DNA of 64,000 bases from an uncultured Clostridium sp. Its GTDB lineage: Bacteria > Bacillota > Clostridia > TANB77 > CAG-508. The stretch lies in NCBI GenBank assembly GCA_902491155.1, contig CABUGH010000001.1, forward strand, positions 28,177 through 92,176, given 5' to 3'. A model generated the notes under the pieces. That model saw only the letters and a program-made list of their open reading frames with translations. It was not told the origin of the DNA and did no database searches. Within the stretch, counting starts at the first letter, position 1. Each line of letters opens with the position of its first letter. The position numbers and the translations under genes are program-made. Positions 21,212 through 32,135 of the stretch are shown piece after piece.

Positions 21212-24200
21212 TTATTGTTCTTCTTTATTATTCATTCTTCTAATAAAGTAAACTCCTAATCCTAATACAACCAATGCTGTCAATGTAACACTTCCTATAA
21301 TAGCATAATTTTTATTTCCACCAGTACTTGGAGTAACTATCATTTCTTCTGACATAGAATCATCTGATTCATGTGCATCTCCAAATGGTTTATAGTTTCC
21401 AGGTATACATGTTATTCTGCTACCAAAAGACTTTTTCATTTCAACAATTTCAATTTGGTTAAGCATATTTACATCTTCTGAAGGTGATAAGCTTCTTTCA
21501 GTTACCATACGCATGCTTTCAGAATCTGCAGATTGTAATTTACCATCAACCATTCTTTGTGGTTTTAATTCTTTTGATGCCATACAATCTGTATAGTATT
21601 CATATGTTTTACTTTCATCTATTGCATTTACAACATCATCACTAACATATTTTTCTTCTTTTATTTTATTAGTATCAATTAATGTCCAACCATATCTAGT
21701 ATTTTCTTCATCTGATTGTGTATAGTTAAGTTTTCTATCTAAGTAATCTATCATCTTTGTAGGAGAAATTGTAACTATATCTTTATTTTTTTGTACATTA
21801 CCATTTGATAAAGATTCATAATATCCTATACCGAAGTTATAGAATCCCTCTGAATTATAATCAGCCTCACCAGAATTTTTAACTTCAAAATTGTATTTTA
21901 AGTTTAAAGATGTATTTTGTAAAACCTCACTATCAATTTCTGCCTTTAAAAATCCTCTTTGTCTAACACCATTACTTGAAACGGTTGGTTTCATATATGT
22001 TAAATAATTTGTTTGTCCTGTTAATTTACCATTATTATCAACATCTGCATCTATTAATAAATCTCCACTTGTGTATCTTAATGTAACATGACTTATTTTT
22101 TTATCTATAGATATTGATTGTATTGGTCTTCTTACAATTCCAAAATCAATATTATCAACATTAAAAGTTACCTGTTTTGTTGCATCCTCTGTAATATTAT
22201 TTAAATCATTATCATCATATTCTATTTTAAACTTCATTATAGGAGTTTTAGATATCATTTCTGTTACAGTAACTTTTGTATCAAAATTATATCCATTATT
22301 TTCTCCACCTGAATGGCTATTTAATTGTGAATCAATTTGTTTTCTTAATTCCCAATCATCTGTACCATGTGTTAAAGCTTGTCCATTTAATTTATTATAG
22401 AAATATGGATCTGAATTCTCTTGATCATATCTACTCTTTTCAAATATAGTTGCTTTATAATTTTCAACTGCATTATCATAATTTTGTTTGTTGCCATCTA
22501 CTATTTTATACATTCCATTTCCCCAAGTATATTTAATTGCATAACTTCCTGGTGCAAATCCTTTAAAGCTATATTTTCCATCATCACCTGTTTTTCCGTC
22601 AAATTTAGCTTCTGTCCAACCACCTTGTCCATTATTTAATGTCTCATCATATACTTGTGCAACTTTATCAGTAATTTTACCATTGCTATCAACTTCCATT
22701 AATTGTACTGTAACTCCACCAACTGTGCTCTCTTTAGTACTGTCAAATTTTCCATCACCTTGGCGAATATTTTGATCTTTCAATAAGTTTTGATCTGCCT
22801 CATCCTCAAATACAACACCTGAAATTTGTCTAGCATTTGCAATTACTAATCCTACATTTGGAGCTGTTCTAGTATCATCTTCATAAGTATTTTCATTATT
22901 TACATCTATATTTCCTACTACCGAATCATTATCTACTGCCGCATAATATTTATTCATTGATTCATCTGTAAATAATGTATATGAATTAATTTCTGCTATA
23001 TTCTTTAAGTTTGGTTCTATATTATTATTTGCTTGTTTTGCCTCATTTAATAAGTTTAATATATTTTCTCTTGACAATTCAAACTGTACATATACATACT
23101 GTGGATCTTGATTTGGTTTTACAGCTGAATTTGTTCCTATATCAACTTTATAATATGCATTTGCAATTTTTTGATTAGATACTTTAGCATCTAAACTATT
23201 TGTAATATTACCTTTATCATCTAATCCTAATCCTGCTCCTACAAATTCATAACGAGAATCAAAGTAATCAGATATTCCATTAACTCTAGCAAATATTGAA
23301 GATTGATTTCCTACTGCTAATTTATATGTTAAATACATTTTTATGTTATTATTTGCATTTTCCCTATCTTCATATTCAGCATCTGCTCTATATACAGGTC
23401 TTAAATATGTTGCATTATTTCTGTTTTTAGGGAATTTAACACCTACATTCCAATCATCTGCTGTTGGTGTTCCACCTGTAAACCTAGATGCATATTTATA
23501 AATATGTGTATCACCTTTTACACTAATCTTAACTTGTTCTAAATCTTGTGTTAATGCTAAATCAGTTTGCTCTCTTTCATATAAACCTAAATTAATATTC
23601 TTAATTTCTTTAGTATCACTATTTTTATTATATTTAAAAGTATATCCGGCAAGTTTTGTATTAGCCGCAATTAAACAATTCGTTTCTTTTATACTTGCAG
23701 TTCTATTTTCAGAATCTAATGTATATTTTACATTATAAACATTATTTCCATTGTCATCTTTTATTTGAACTTCATCTTGAGCTTTTGCATCAACCCTTGC
23801 AAATTTACCATTAAATTGATCACGTAAAATTCCTTCTGCTGCCTTAGAACCATTATCTTTATTAAAGTTTGTAATTACATTCTGATATAACAATCCATCA
23901 TATATAAATTCAACATAGTCTGTATCAACAGTATCAACATCTACATTTTCAAATTTATATTCACCATTTTGGTCTGTTTTTGTTTCTTGAAGTATATTAC
24001 CTTTTGAGTCTCTTAATCTTACTGTCACACCAGATTTTCTTATATCTTCAGTATCATCATTACCATCACGATATAAATCATTTCTGATAGATTGTTTTAC
24101 ACCATTTGGTTTATCAACCCACACATATCCAGAAAGTTTTATGTATTCAAATTTATTCTTTATAATACGCTCTCTTCCTGCTTCTGCTCCAACTTTTAAT

Positions 24201-25504
24201 GAAACTGGCTCTTTCTTTATAACATATCCTTCATTTGGGTTTGCAATTTCATATGCATAATAATTACCTGTAACTATATTTTTAACTTTGAATTTACCAT
24301 CACTGCCTGTTTTATATACAGTTGCATCTTCTCTTTTACTTACATAAGTTGCAGCATCCTTACCTTTTTTTACATATTTATTCAAATCTCTATTATAAAT
24401 AACAAATTCTACATCTTTCAAAGGTATATTAGTATTATCCTCATCAACTTTTTTAATTTGTAAATCCACAAAAACAGGAGTATCATATTTATCATTAAAG
24501 TTTAAGTTTGTTTCTTGTTTACCTGTACCTGGTTTCACTAATAATAAATTTTGATGTTCATTACATGTTAAAAACCATAACTCAGCATTATAAACACTTT
24601 CTGGAATAGAAACTTTACCTGTTAGCCCTGTAATTTTACTAACATTATCACCTGGTTCTAAATAAATATAAAAATTTTTATTACTCTTTATTCCACTAAC
24701 ATTTACAAATTTTTGTTGCTTACCTTGTGTAATTCCATATTTTACATTACTAATGTTTTTTCCATTTTGATCTTTAACTGATAAAGATTCAATCTTTCCT
24801 GAAAATTTATATTTAAATGGCCCTACTCTTGTATATTGTTTATTTCCAACAGTTGTACTTTTTACAGTTATTTTATTTTTATTTGTTTTGTTTTCAACCT
24901 TTGTATCAGAACTAATTTTTCCAATATTTTTAGCATATGTGTCAGCATCTACTGATAGCTTTGCTCCTTCATCTCCTATTTCGCCTTGATTCAATCCCCA
25001 ACTATTATTGCCTTCCCAAGTTTGATCAAAATTTCCTAATTTTTTTCCTGATTCTTGATACCAGTAATTAATTATTCCCCACACAGCTTGCTGTGATGGA
25101 TAAATAGAAACTCCTGATTCTCCGTCTTTACCGCCTCTTGCATTAAAATACTCATCACCTTTTGCAATTATATAAGCTAATTTTCCATTTGATGTTGTTT
25201 GACTTTTATTTCCATTATTATCTGTAGCAGTATTTCCTTCTATTTTCACATATTTATTTACAACGTATTTTACTTGATCAAAATGCAATGATGACTTCCA
25301 TTGTATACAATATAAATCAGAACGTTTATGTAAATCATCCAAACTTAACACTACATTTTTTCCAACATTAGTTCCTTGTTTTATTTGATCACAAGTTATT
25401 GTACTTGACGCTGCAAAGGTAGCAGTATTAGGAATTATTATCCCTAGTGTCATAATCACAAAAGTAATCATGACACTTTTTATTAACTTATTTAAACTCT
25501 CCAT
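21212..25504 (-). CDS. Giant cell-surface adhesin (1430 aa) with an N-terminal thioester-domain-like module, SdrD/Cna-B-type domains and a C-terminal sorting signal (TPSTG + TM + RRMNNKEEQ)
   Basis: A signal peptide precedes the thioester-domain-like motifs YCIQW (Cys66) and SQQAVW (Gln138-139). Several SdrD-B/CnaB-like units follow (GYVWVDKPNG...DGNDD, ISGVVFEDEADQN...). The C-terminus is a non-LPXTG sorting-signal-like tail. Confidence 0.8.
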   Translation of the reverse strand: MESLNKLIKSVMITFVIMTLGIIIPNTATFAASSTITCDQIKQGTNVGKNVVLSLDDLHKRSDLYCIQWKSSLHFDQVKYVVNKYVKIEGNTATDNNGNKSQTTSNGKLAYIIAKGDEYFNARGGKDGESGVSIYPSQQAVWGIINYWYQESGKKLGNFDQTWEGNNSWGLNQGEIGDEGAKLSVDADTYAKNIGKISSDTKVENKTNKNKITVKSTTVGNKQYTRVGPFKYKFSGKIESLSVKDQNGKNISNVKYGITQGKQQKFVNVSGIKSNKNFYIYLEPGDNVSKITGLTGKVSIPESVYNAELWFLTCNEHQNLLLVKPGTGKQETNLNFNDKYDTPVFVDLQIKKVDEDNTNIPLKDVEFVIYNRDLNKYVKKGKDAATYVSKREDATVYKTGSDGKFKVKNIVTGNYYAYEIANPNEGYVIKKEPVSLKVGAEAGRERIIKNKFEYIKLSGYVWVDKPNGVKQSIRNDLYRDGNDDTEDIRKSGVTVRLRDSKGNILQETKTDQNGEYKFENVDVDTVDTDYVEFIYDGLLYQNVITNFNKDNGSKAAEGILRDQFNGKFARVDAKAQDEVQIKDDNGNNVYNVKYTLDSENRTASIKETNCLIAANTKLAGYTFKYNKNSDTKEIKNINLGLYEREQTDLALTQDLEQVKISVKGDTHIYKYASRFTGGTPTADDWNVGVKFPKNRNNATYLRPVYRADAEYEDRENANNNIKMYLTYKLAVGNQSSIFARVNGISDYFDSRYEFVGAGLGLDDKGNITNSLDAKVSNQKIANAYYKVDIGTNSAVKPNQDPQYVYVQFELSRENILNLLNEAKQANNNIEPNLKNIAEINSYTLFTDESMNKYYAAVDNDSVVGNIDVNNENTYEDDTRTAPNVGLVIANARQISGVVFEDEADQNLLKDQNIRQGDGKFDSTKESTVGGVTVQLMEVDSNGKITDKVAQVYDETLNNGQGGWTEAKFDGKTGDDGKYSFKGFAPGSYAIKYTWGNGMYKIVDGNKQNYDNAVENYKATIFEKSRYDQENSDPYFYNKLNGQALTHGTDDWELRKQIDSQLNSHSGGENNGYNFDTKVTVTEMISKTPIMKFKIEYDDNDLNNITEDATKQVTFNVDNIDFGIVRRPIQSISIDKKISHVTLRYTSGDLLIDADVDNNGKLTGQTNYLTYMKPTVSSNGVRQRGFLKAEIDSEVLQNTSLNLKYNFEVKNSGEADYNSEGFYNFGIGYYESLSNGNVQKNKDIVTISPTKMIDYLDRKLNYTQSDEENTRYGWTLIDTNKIKEEKYVSDDVVNAIDESKTYEYYTDCMASKELKPQRMVDGKLQSADSESMRMVTERSLSPSEDVNMLNQIEIVEMKKSFGSRITCIPGNYKPFGDAHESDDSMSEEMIVTPSTGGNKNYAIIGSVTLTALVVLGLGVYFIRRMNNKEEQ

Positions 25505-25522
25505 TTTACACCCTCCTTTCCT

Positions 25523-28500
25523 TTATATTACCTTTTTATTTAAAACTTTTCTTGTTATAATATAAGCTCCTGCTCCAATAATTATTATTGTAGATAATAT
25601 TACTAAAATTGTTTCAACAACTTGACCTGTTTTTATACTTAAAATCAAATCGGCAGAACCCATGTCATCTTCACCTTTTACTCTATTGCCTTCAGTTGAA
25701 TCATTATCTTTTAAACCTTGTTCATTATAACTTTCAGCTATTTCTGCAGTATTATTTATTAATCCTGTATTATTTTCTGTCATTTGCTTTGTTAATATTA
25801 ATGTTATCTCTTTACTTTGTCCTGGTTCCAATTTAACATTAGCTAAACTATTATTATAAAGATCTGATCCTGATTGATACCAATCTTTATTTAACTCAGA
25901 ACTAAATTTGAAATCACTAGAAACATAATCTTGTATTTTCTTAATATAACCTGCAACTTCACCATCGTTTGTAACTTTTATTTTATATTCCACTACTACA
26001 CTTGTATTACTCAATTGTTTTGAATCCAAATCAACTTTTGCTAAAGTTGCATCTTGATATTCTACTGCTCTTGTTGTTTTTGAATTTTGTACAACAACTC
26101 TAGTAACCATTTTTTCCAATTTCATGTCATATATTTTACGTTCTTTTAAGCCTATGTTCATGTTAGAAATATGTCCATCCTTAACTGTAAATTCTTCAGT
26201 AACACCAACTTCTTTATCAGTACCATCAATTTTCATTTCTTTACTAATTACTTTTGAATTTTTACTTTCTGCAACTCCATCTTTTTCATAAGCAGTTAAA
26301 GCATATTTTGAATTATCATACTCAAATACCACAATATATTTTCCTTGTGGAACATCTGCTAGCGTATAGAATCCGTTATCATTTGTTGTTGCTACTATTT
26401 CCTGATTTTTATTATTTTTTTGGTATTCATTTTTTTCTGTATTAAACAATCTTACTTTAATACCTTGTAATAAATCTTCACCATCATCTTTTTGTCCATT
26501 TCCATCTTTATCTAACCAAGCTATACCAGAGATTATTTTTAAATCTTCTTGTGTTTGACCATCATCAGATTTACTATTATTTTCATCAGAATTTGTTTTA
26601 TTACCAGAATCTATAGTATCGTCATCACCAGTTACATCTCCATCAATATCTGTAGATTTAGTTGGCTCTAAAATATGACTTACTTCTGATTTTCCTGTTT
26701 CCACATCATATGCATATGCTGCAGCTGTATTGGATAATTCTACTGCTTGATCATTTTCTGCATCTGAATCTATTGCTGATTTTATAACATAATTTTTTGT
26801 CTGTCCAGGCTGCAATTGTTCATTTATTGTTATATTTGTTACACCACTATCTTCATCAGTATTTTCTGTATAACTTTGTGTTGACAATTCTTGTCCATCT
26901 GATGTTATTGATAGCAATGACTCATAAGAAGATAAATTATCTTTAATATTTACACTTGTAATAGGATCTTGTCCATCGTTACTTACAGTAATTTGATAAG
27001 AAATTTCATCTCCAGCCTTTACATATTGGCCAGCATTTTCAGATTTATTACTAATATTTACTATTTGAGCTACTGCAGTCATTTCTTTTTGGTTTGAATG
27101 ATATTCCTCATTATCAATTTTTGCAGTAACATTTATTTTTGCTTGCTTATTCTTAGCATCTGTAAACATATTAACTCTTGCATATATTGAAACTTCTGAT
27201 GTTTCTCCAGCTCCTAATTTATTTATTGTATAATTATCAGTATTTTCAATATATTGCAAATCGCCATCACTATTTGTTGCCAAAATTTGACTTATAGAAA
27301 AATTCTCCAACTCAAATTGTAATTTAATATTCTTTATTTCTTTATTAGTTGTATTTTTTACAGTAACTACATATCTATATTGATATCCAGGTTTTACCGT
27401 ATCTGTAGCTTCCGCAGGAGAAAGGCTTATTTCTATTTTTCCTTTTACTATATTTGTTTTTACTAAATTTGATTCTTTCTTAGCCTCACCATATTGAACT
27501 TCTATTTTATTAGAAACCGTCTTTTTCTCTGATGCTCCATCTTTAATTTTAACCATATATGTTTTTGATATTTCTTGTCCTGGTTCCAATGCTATACCTG
27601 TGAATTTAACTTCTTTTTGATCCTCTATTTCATTGAATTTCTTTTCTTGTGGTTTATCATCCATTTCAGTTGAAGGAGTTACTTCTTCGATATACACTGT
27701 TCCATCTGGAACACTTCCAATTAAAGTTAAATTTTCGACTTTTTCAGAACCAGAATTTTTTGCAGTTATTGTATATTGTATTTTTTCTCCTTCTTTAGCT
27801 TCTTCTAATTCTTTACCACCTATTAATGCCTTTAATGTTGTATCCACACTTGGACCTTTTCCTGTAGATAAAGTCATTTTTTGCACTTGTACAGTTTGTT
27901 CAATATTATTTGAATCAACATAATATACAGTATATTCTTCTGCTGCCGTTGCATTATATTCCAAATTTGCTGGAATAGTCATTTTATAAGCTATGTTCAT
28001 ATCTTCTGAAACATCTAAACTACTAACTGCAATCAAGTATTTTTTTACATTTGAATTATTATCTATCTTCTCTTGCCAAGCATTTGTAGAGTTTGATATG
28101 TCTGCTGTTGCATTTGCATTTTCAGAATAATATACTTTTATTTTAGAAGCATCAATACCTGATATTTGTAACTCTTGAACAGTTGTAGATAAATTATTTT
28201 CTGATAATGCATCCTTAGTTGGAAAACTTCCTAAAATTCTTACATTAGACATTACTGTTTCTTGGTTATTTAAAACTTCAGATGTAACAGTTGTTGTTTT
28301 TGCCTCAGATGCTAAAGCTAATTTGCCATCTTTACTTCCGTCATTATTTATTGTTTCAATTCCATAATCTTTAATTCCATTTGTAGTAATTACTCCTGCA
28401 TAAGAAACAATTTTAATATCTCCTTCAATTCTTCCTGCATTTTGTCCTCCTGCATAATTAATTACTTTTTTATTAGTATAATCAACAACTATTTTTTCAT

Positions 28501-30442
28501 CAGCATTTTTCTGTTTCTTATTTGTTGTTAAATTCATTGTCATTAAAATTGTAGCCCCATCAATTGCCTCACCTTTATATTCTGTCTGCTCACCGTCAAT
28601 TTGAATATCTATTGAATTTCCATTTAATTTTGCACTTGTTATTTTCAAATTATCATCATTTAAAAGTTTTATTGATGTCACATCAATATTTTCAAATTCT
28701 TTTGGTAAAGTAACTACAACATGTGGATCTTTATATAATTCATCTTTTTCACTATTTGAGTTTAATGTAACACGCAATTCTACATTTTCATTTGTTCTCA
28801 TTGCTGAAAATTCTGTTTTATTAATATTTAGTGTTGCAGTAGTTTGTGTTTCTTTTAATATAATCTTTGAAGAACTATCTGAAATTTTATTTTCAGCATC
28901 ACCAATATAATAACTTGCATGTACAAAATATTGCATTTCAGAAATAGATTTAATTTTTGAAATATCATTTGCCTTTATTACTTTAGTTGTTTGTATTGGT
29001 AATATTCCTGATTTTACCGGTTTTGTAGTTTCAACTATAATTTCTTTTGTCGTATCTGGTAATACCACAGAAATATTTTGATTTTCATCACTCTGTGAAT
29101 CTTTATTTATATCTGCCAATACAGTCTTTATATTTTTATCAATAATTTTCAAACTTCCATCTTGTCCTAAAATCTCTAACAAATTTGCTTTGTTAAGAAC
29201 AATATTTTTAGTATATATATTAGATAGTCCCATATTTGTATAATCTTCTTGTACACTTATTTTATCAGTAATATTTTCTAAATTAACTTGTATATTTATT
29301 TTTTCTGTGATCTCTTTATCAATTTTTGAATATAATTTTCCTTTATATATTTCATCCTCTTGATTTTTTATATCTACATTTACTATAGAATCAATTTCTT
29401 CAGAAGGAAGTGTTATTTCGCTACTATATGACATTACAGTTTTCTCTATATCATATAGAGAAATTTTTGCATCTGCCTTTAATGATTGCTCATCTATTTG
29501 TGAGGTATCTGAAAATACATATGTAACAATATAACGATCTTCACCTGATTTATTCCATACAACTTTTCCATCTTTTTCTGGATTCTGTACAGTCACAGCT
29601 AATTTTCCTGTTTTATTATCATATGTATATTTAATTTCATCTTGACTATTATCAATAAGTTTTAAGCTATTAGTAGCAAGTGCCTCTGGAGTTTGCACAT
29701 ACATACTTTCTGGGTATGCACCATTTAACATTGGCGCTTGCAATTCCACAGTTTCTGTCTTTACTGGATACATATTATCTTTTAGTCCTGTTTCTATTTG
29801 TAATTGAACAACACGGTGATTTCCTTGATAATTTAAAACTTTATTTGTTAACACCGTTTGCTTCAAGAAAATACCATTATTTTCTTTAGTATATGGACTT
29901 GCCATTCTTAAATTAACTTTTTTAGTTCCAGTAACTTTAATATCTTTTTGTTTACTATCGCGATAAGTTCCTGATAACTCCAATACACTCTCTTGATTTA
30001 TTAAGTTAATATTATAACTAGAATCCTTTATAGTTTCAACACTCATTTCAATTTCTACTGAATCATTTGCATTAATTTGATGAAGTGTTACACTGTTTTC
30101 CGTTATAGATGAAACTTTATCACTAGCATTATCAGTTTTAAACTTAAAATTACTGTCTTTTAAGTTTATTGTTCCATTAAAATATCCCTCTTGTTTTACT
30201 GAAACAGCAAGATATAACTTAGTATCCGCATCAGTAGTTTTCAAAGAACAATTAGATACATGGTTTCCTTGTTCATCCTTAAAATAAGCCATAAATTCAA
30301 TGTTTTTATGACTCGTATTTTTGTCTTGCACATTTTGTTCAACAGCATTAACAACATTTATACCAATCAAAAGAAAATTTGACATTGTCATTGTCATAAT
30401 TAATATAAATACTATTAATACTTTTAACATTCTTTTTTGCAT
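25523..30442 (-). CDS. Giant cell-surface protein (1639 aa) with DUF11/CARDB-like repeats, an SdrD-B-like domain and a C-terminal sorting signal (SIKTG + TM + RKVLNKKVI)
   Basis: The ORF has a signal peptide and many beta-rich repeats with the ...NTTNKEIKNIKL... pattern of DUF11 conserved-repeat domains. An SGIAWLDKDGNGQKDDGEDL SdrD-like unit is present. It sits 18 bp upstream of the previous gene, so the two form an operon. Confidence 0.8.
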   Translation of the reverse strand: MQKRMLKVLIVFILIMTMTMSNFLLIGINVVNAVEQNVQDKNTSHKNIEFMAYFKDEQGNHVSNCSLKTTDADTKLYLAVSVKQEGYFNGTINLKDSNFKFKTDNASDKVSSITENSVTLHQINANDSVEIEMSVETIKDSSYNINLINQESVLELSGTYRDSKQKDIKVTGTKKVNLRMASPYTKENNGIFLKQTVLTNKVLNYQGNHRVVQLQIETGLKDNMYPVKTETVELQAPMLNGAYPESMYVQTPEALATNSLKLIDNSQDEIKYTYDNKTGKLAVTVQNPEKDGKVVWNKSGEDRYIVTYVFSDTSQIDEQSLKADAKISLYDIEKTVMSYSSEITLPSEEIDSIVNVDIKNQEDEIYKGKLYSKIDKEITEKINIQVNLENITDKISVQEDYTNMGLSNIYTKNIVLNKANLLEILGQDGSLKIIDKNIKTVLADINKDSQSDENQNISVVLPDTTKEIIVETTKPVKSGILPIQTTKVIKANDISKIKSISEMQYFVHASYYIGDAENKISDSSSKIILKETQTTATLNINKTEFSAMRTNENVELRVTLNSNSEKDELYKDPHVVVTLPKEFENIDVTSIKLLNDDNLKITSAKLNGNSIDIQIDGEQTEYKGEAIDGATILMTMNLTTNKKQKNADEKIVVDYTNKKVINYAGGQNAGRIEGDIKIVSYAGVITTNGIKDYGIETINNDGSKDGKLALASEAKTTTVTSEVLNNQETVMSNVRILGSFPTKDALSENNLSTTVQELQISGIDASKIKVYYSENANATADISNSTNAWQEKIDNNSNVKKYLIAVSSLDVSEDMNIAYKMTIPANLEYNATAAEEYTVYYVDSNNIEQTVQVQKMTLSTGKGPSVDTTLKALIGGKELEEAKEGEKIQYTITAKNSGSEKVENLTLIGSVPDGTVYIEEVTPSTEMDDKPQEKKFNEIEDQKEVKFTGIALEPGQEISKTYMVKIKDGASEKKTVSNKIEVQYGEAKKESNLVKTNIVKGKIEISLSPAEATDTVKPGYQYRYVVTVKNTTNKEIKNIKLQFELENFSISQILATNSDGDLQYIENTDNYTINKLGAGETSEVSIYARVNMFTDAKNKQAKINVTAKIDNEEYHSNQKEMTAVAQIVNISNKSENAGQYVKAGDEISYQITVSNDGQDPITSVNIKDNLSSYESLLSITSDGQELSTQSYTENTDEDSGVTNITINEQLQPGQTKNYVIKSAIDSDAENDQAVELSNTAAAYAYDVETGKSEVSHILEPTKSTDIDGDVTGDDDTIDSGNKTNSDENNSKSDDGQTQEDLKIISGIAWLDKDGNGQKDDGEDLLQGIKVRLFNTEKNEYQKNNKNQEIVATTNDNGFYTLADVPQGKYIVVFEYDNSKYALTAYEKDGVAESKNSKVISKEMKIDGTDKEVGVTEEFTVKDGHISNMNIGLKERKIYDMKLEKMVTRVVVQNSKTTRAVEYQDATLAKVDLDSKQLSNTSVVVEYKIKVTNDGEVAGYIKKIQDYVSSDFKFSSELNKDWYQSGSDLYNNSLANVKLEPGQSKEITLILTKQMTENNTGLINNTAEIAESYNEQGLKDNDSTEGNRVKGEDDMGSADLILSIKTGQVVETILVILSTIIIIGAGAYIITRKVLNKKVI

Positions 30443-30705
30443 AATAAATACCTCCTATATTTTTATATACAAATATGACACAATTATTATTAACAATATT
30501 ATTGGGTCACATAACACATCTACAATATATTATACACGCAAAGCCAAAGTTTTTCAAGTATTTTTTGCCATTTTTTAGGTGTTTACGACTATTTTTAGTT
30601 TAAAAACTTATATCCCTAGATAATGTAATAAAAATGCAATTAAATTTATATATTAAAAAGAAGAAACTTTTTTAACAAATCACATATAATATTTATAAAG
30701 GTAAG

Positions 30706-31104
30706 GTGATTATATTGAATAATGAATTAGACGAAAATACAATGAACAACATAAAAAAGATGGTAGATAGTGGAAATATTAATGGTGCAATATCGCAAAT
30801 TTCTCCTGAAATGATACAAAATTTTTCAAAAATGTTTCAAAATACAAGTAAGCCAAAAAATAATAATGAGCAAGAAAATAATAATTCAAATTTAAATGGA
30901 ATAGATATAAATACCATTATAAAACTCTCAAGCAGTATAAACAGTAATTCTGATCCAAGAAATAATCTTTTAAGTTCCTTAAAACCTTATTTAAGAGATA
31001 ACAAAAAGGAAAAACTTGACAGTTACATTAATTTATTAAATATGAGTAAAATAGCTGAAACTATAAAAAACAACAAAAACTTTTCAAATAAGGAAGATAC
31101 ATAA
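30706..31104 (+). CDS. Hypothetical protein (Asn-rich, 132 aa)
   Basis: The ORF has a GTG start with RBS AAAGGTAAGG. No family was recognised. Confidence 0.4.
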   Translation: MIILNNELDENTMNNIKKMVDSGNINGAISQISPEMIQNFSKMFQNTSKPKNNNEQENNNSNLNGIDINTIIKLSSSINSNSDPRNNLLSSLKPYLRDNKKEKLDSYINLLNMSKIAETIKNNKNFSNKEDT

Positions 31105-31494
31105 ATGTCTTTAATTTTTCCACCATTCAGACCTATATACCCATATTATAATCCAAAATATTTTTCATCATATAAAAAACCAGAAAAGAAATTTGATAAT
31201 TCACAAAGCAACAATGAAAAAATTTTGGAAGAAAAAAAACAAAACAATAGAGTGTCTACTAAAAAAGACACTCCTATTAATTCTCTATTGTCAATTTTTC
31301 CAACTTCCATTGGTCCTTTAAACTTCAATCCAAATGCATTTGCAGACAAAGACGAACCAGTATTTGAAATGTTTGGAATACATTTATACTTAGACGATAT
31401 AATCATTATATGTATTATTATTTTCCTATATCAAGAAGAAGTAAATGATCAATTATTATATATAACATTATTCATGCTACTTTTACAAAACTAA
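31105..31494 (+). CDS. Hypothetical protein with a Pro/Tyr-rich N-terminus and a C-terminal hydrophobic segment
   Basis: The N-terminus reads PFRPIYPYYNPKYF and a C-terminal TM is predicted. It is convergent with minC and overlaps it by 4 nt. Confidence 0.35.
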   Translation: MSLIFPPFRPIYPYYNPKYFSSYKKPEKKFDNSQSNNEKILEEKKQNNRVSTKKDTPINSLLSIFPTSIGPLNFNPNAFADKDEPVFEMFGIHLYLDDIIIICIIIFLYQEEVNDQLLYITLFMLLLQN

Positions 31495-32102
31495 TCTATT
31501 TCTATTTTATCATCAACAACATGAATATATACTTGTTTATGTAAAGTTTCTTCTTCTCTGTCTATCTCCCTAACAATATTCGCAATTCTAATTTGTACAA
31601 CATCTAATAAACCTGCTGCTATTATTGCTTGCTTATTCCCTTTTGCCCCAGCATGTGCTAAACCACGTAAATTTCCCAAAACCACTATATTATCTGAAGC
31701 CATTACTTCTGCTCCAGAATTAACATCACCTATTATAACAACACTTCCATCTACTTCCAATTTCTGTCCTGAGCGCAAAGAGCCTCTATGATATGTAGTT
31801 TCAGAAACAATCGTCTCTTGTTTAAATGTTCTTTTAATACTAGAAAGTCCTAAAGATTTTGGTGTATCAAAATCAACATCTACATCTATATTATACTGTA
31901 TCAATCTCTGTATTTCATCCATCTCTTTATTCTTTAAAGCCTTACCTGTAACTCTAATAGGCGTTCTTTCTGTCCTATACATTTTTTTTAATTCTGGTAA
32001 TTTTCTCCTCAAAGATTGCATTATTTCTTTTTGTTCTGCATTATCTAATATTTTAAAAACTGTCTCATCCTTCTTTAATTGTACACTCATAACATTTTTC
32101 AT
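31491..32102 (-). CDS. minC: Septum site-determining protein MinC
   Basis: The C-terminal beta-helix repeats read VVIIGDVNSGAEVMASDNIVVLGNLRGLAHAGAKGN. It is 203 aa and sits downstream of mreBCD-pbp. Confidence 0.85.
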   Translation of the reverse strand: MKNVMSVQLKKDETVFKILDNAEQKEIMQSLRRKLPELKKMYRTERTPIRVTGKALKNKEMDEIQRLIQYNIDVDVDFDTPKSLGLSSIKRTFKQETIVSETTYHRGSLRSGQKLEVDGSVVIIGDVNSGAEVMASDNIVVLGNLRGLAHAGAKGNKQAIIAAGLLDVVQIRIANIVREIDREEETLHKQVYIHVVDDKIEID

Positions 32103-32135
32103 TGATACATCCTATCCTTTCTAAAACATAATTAA

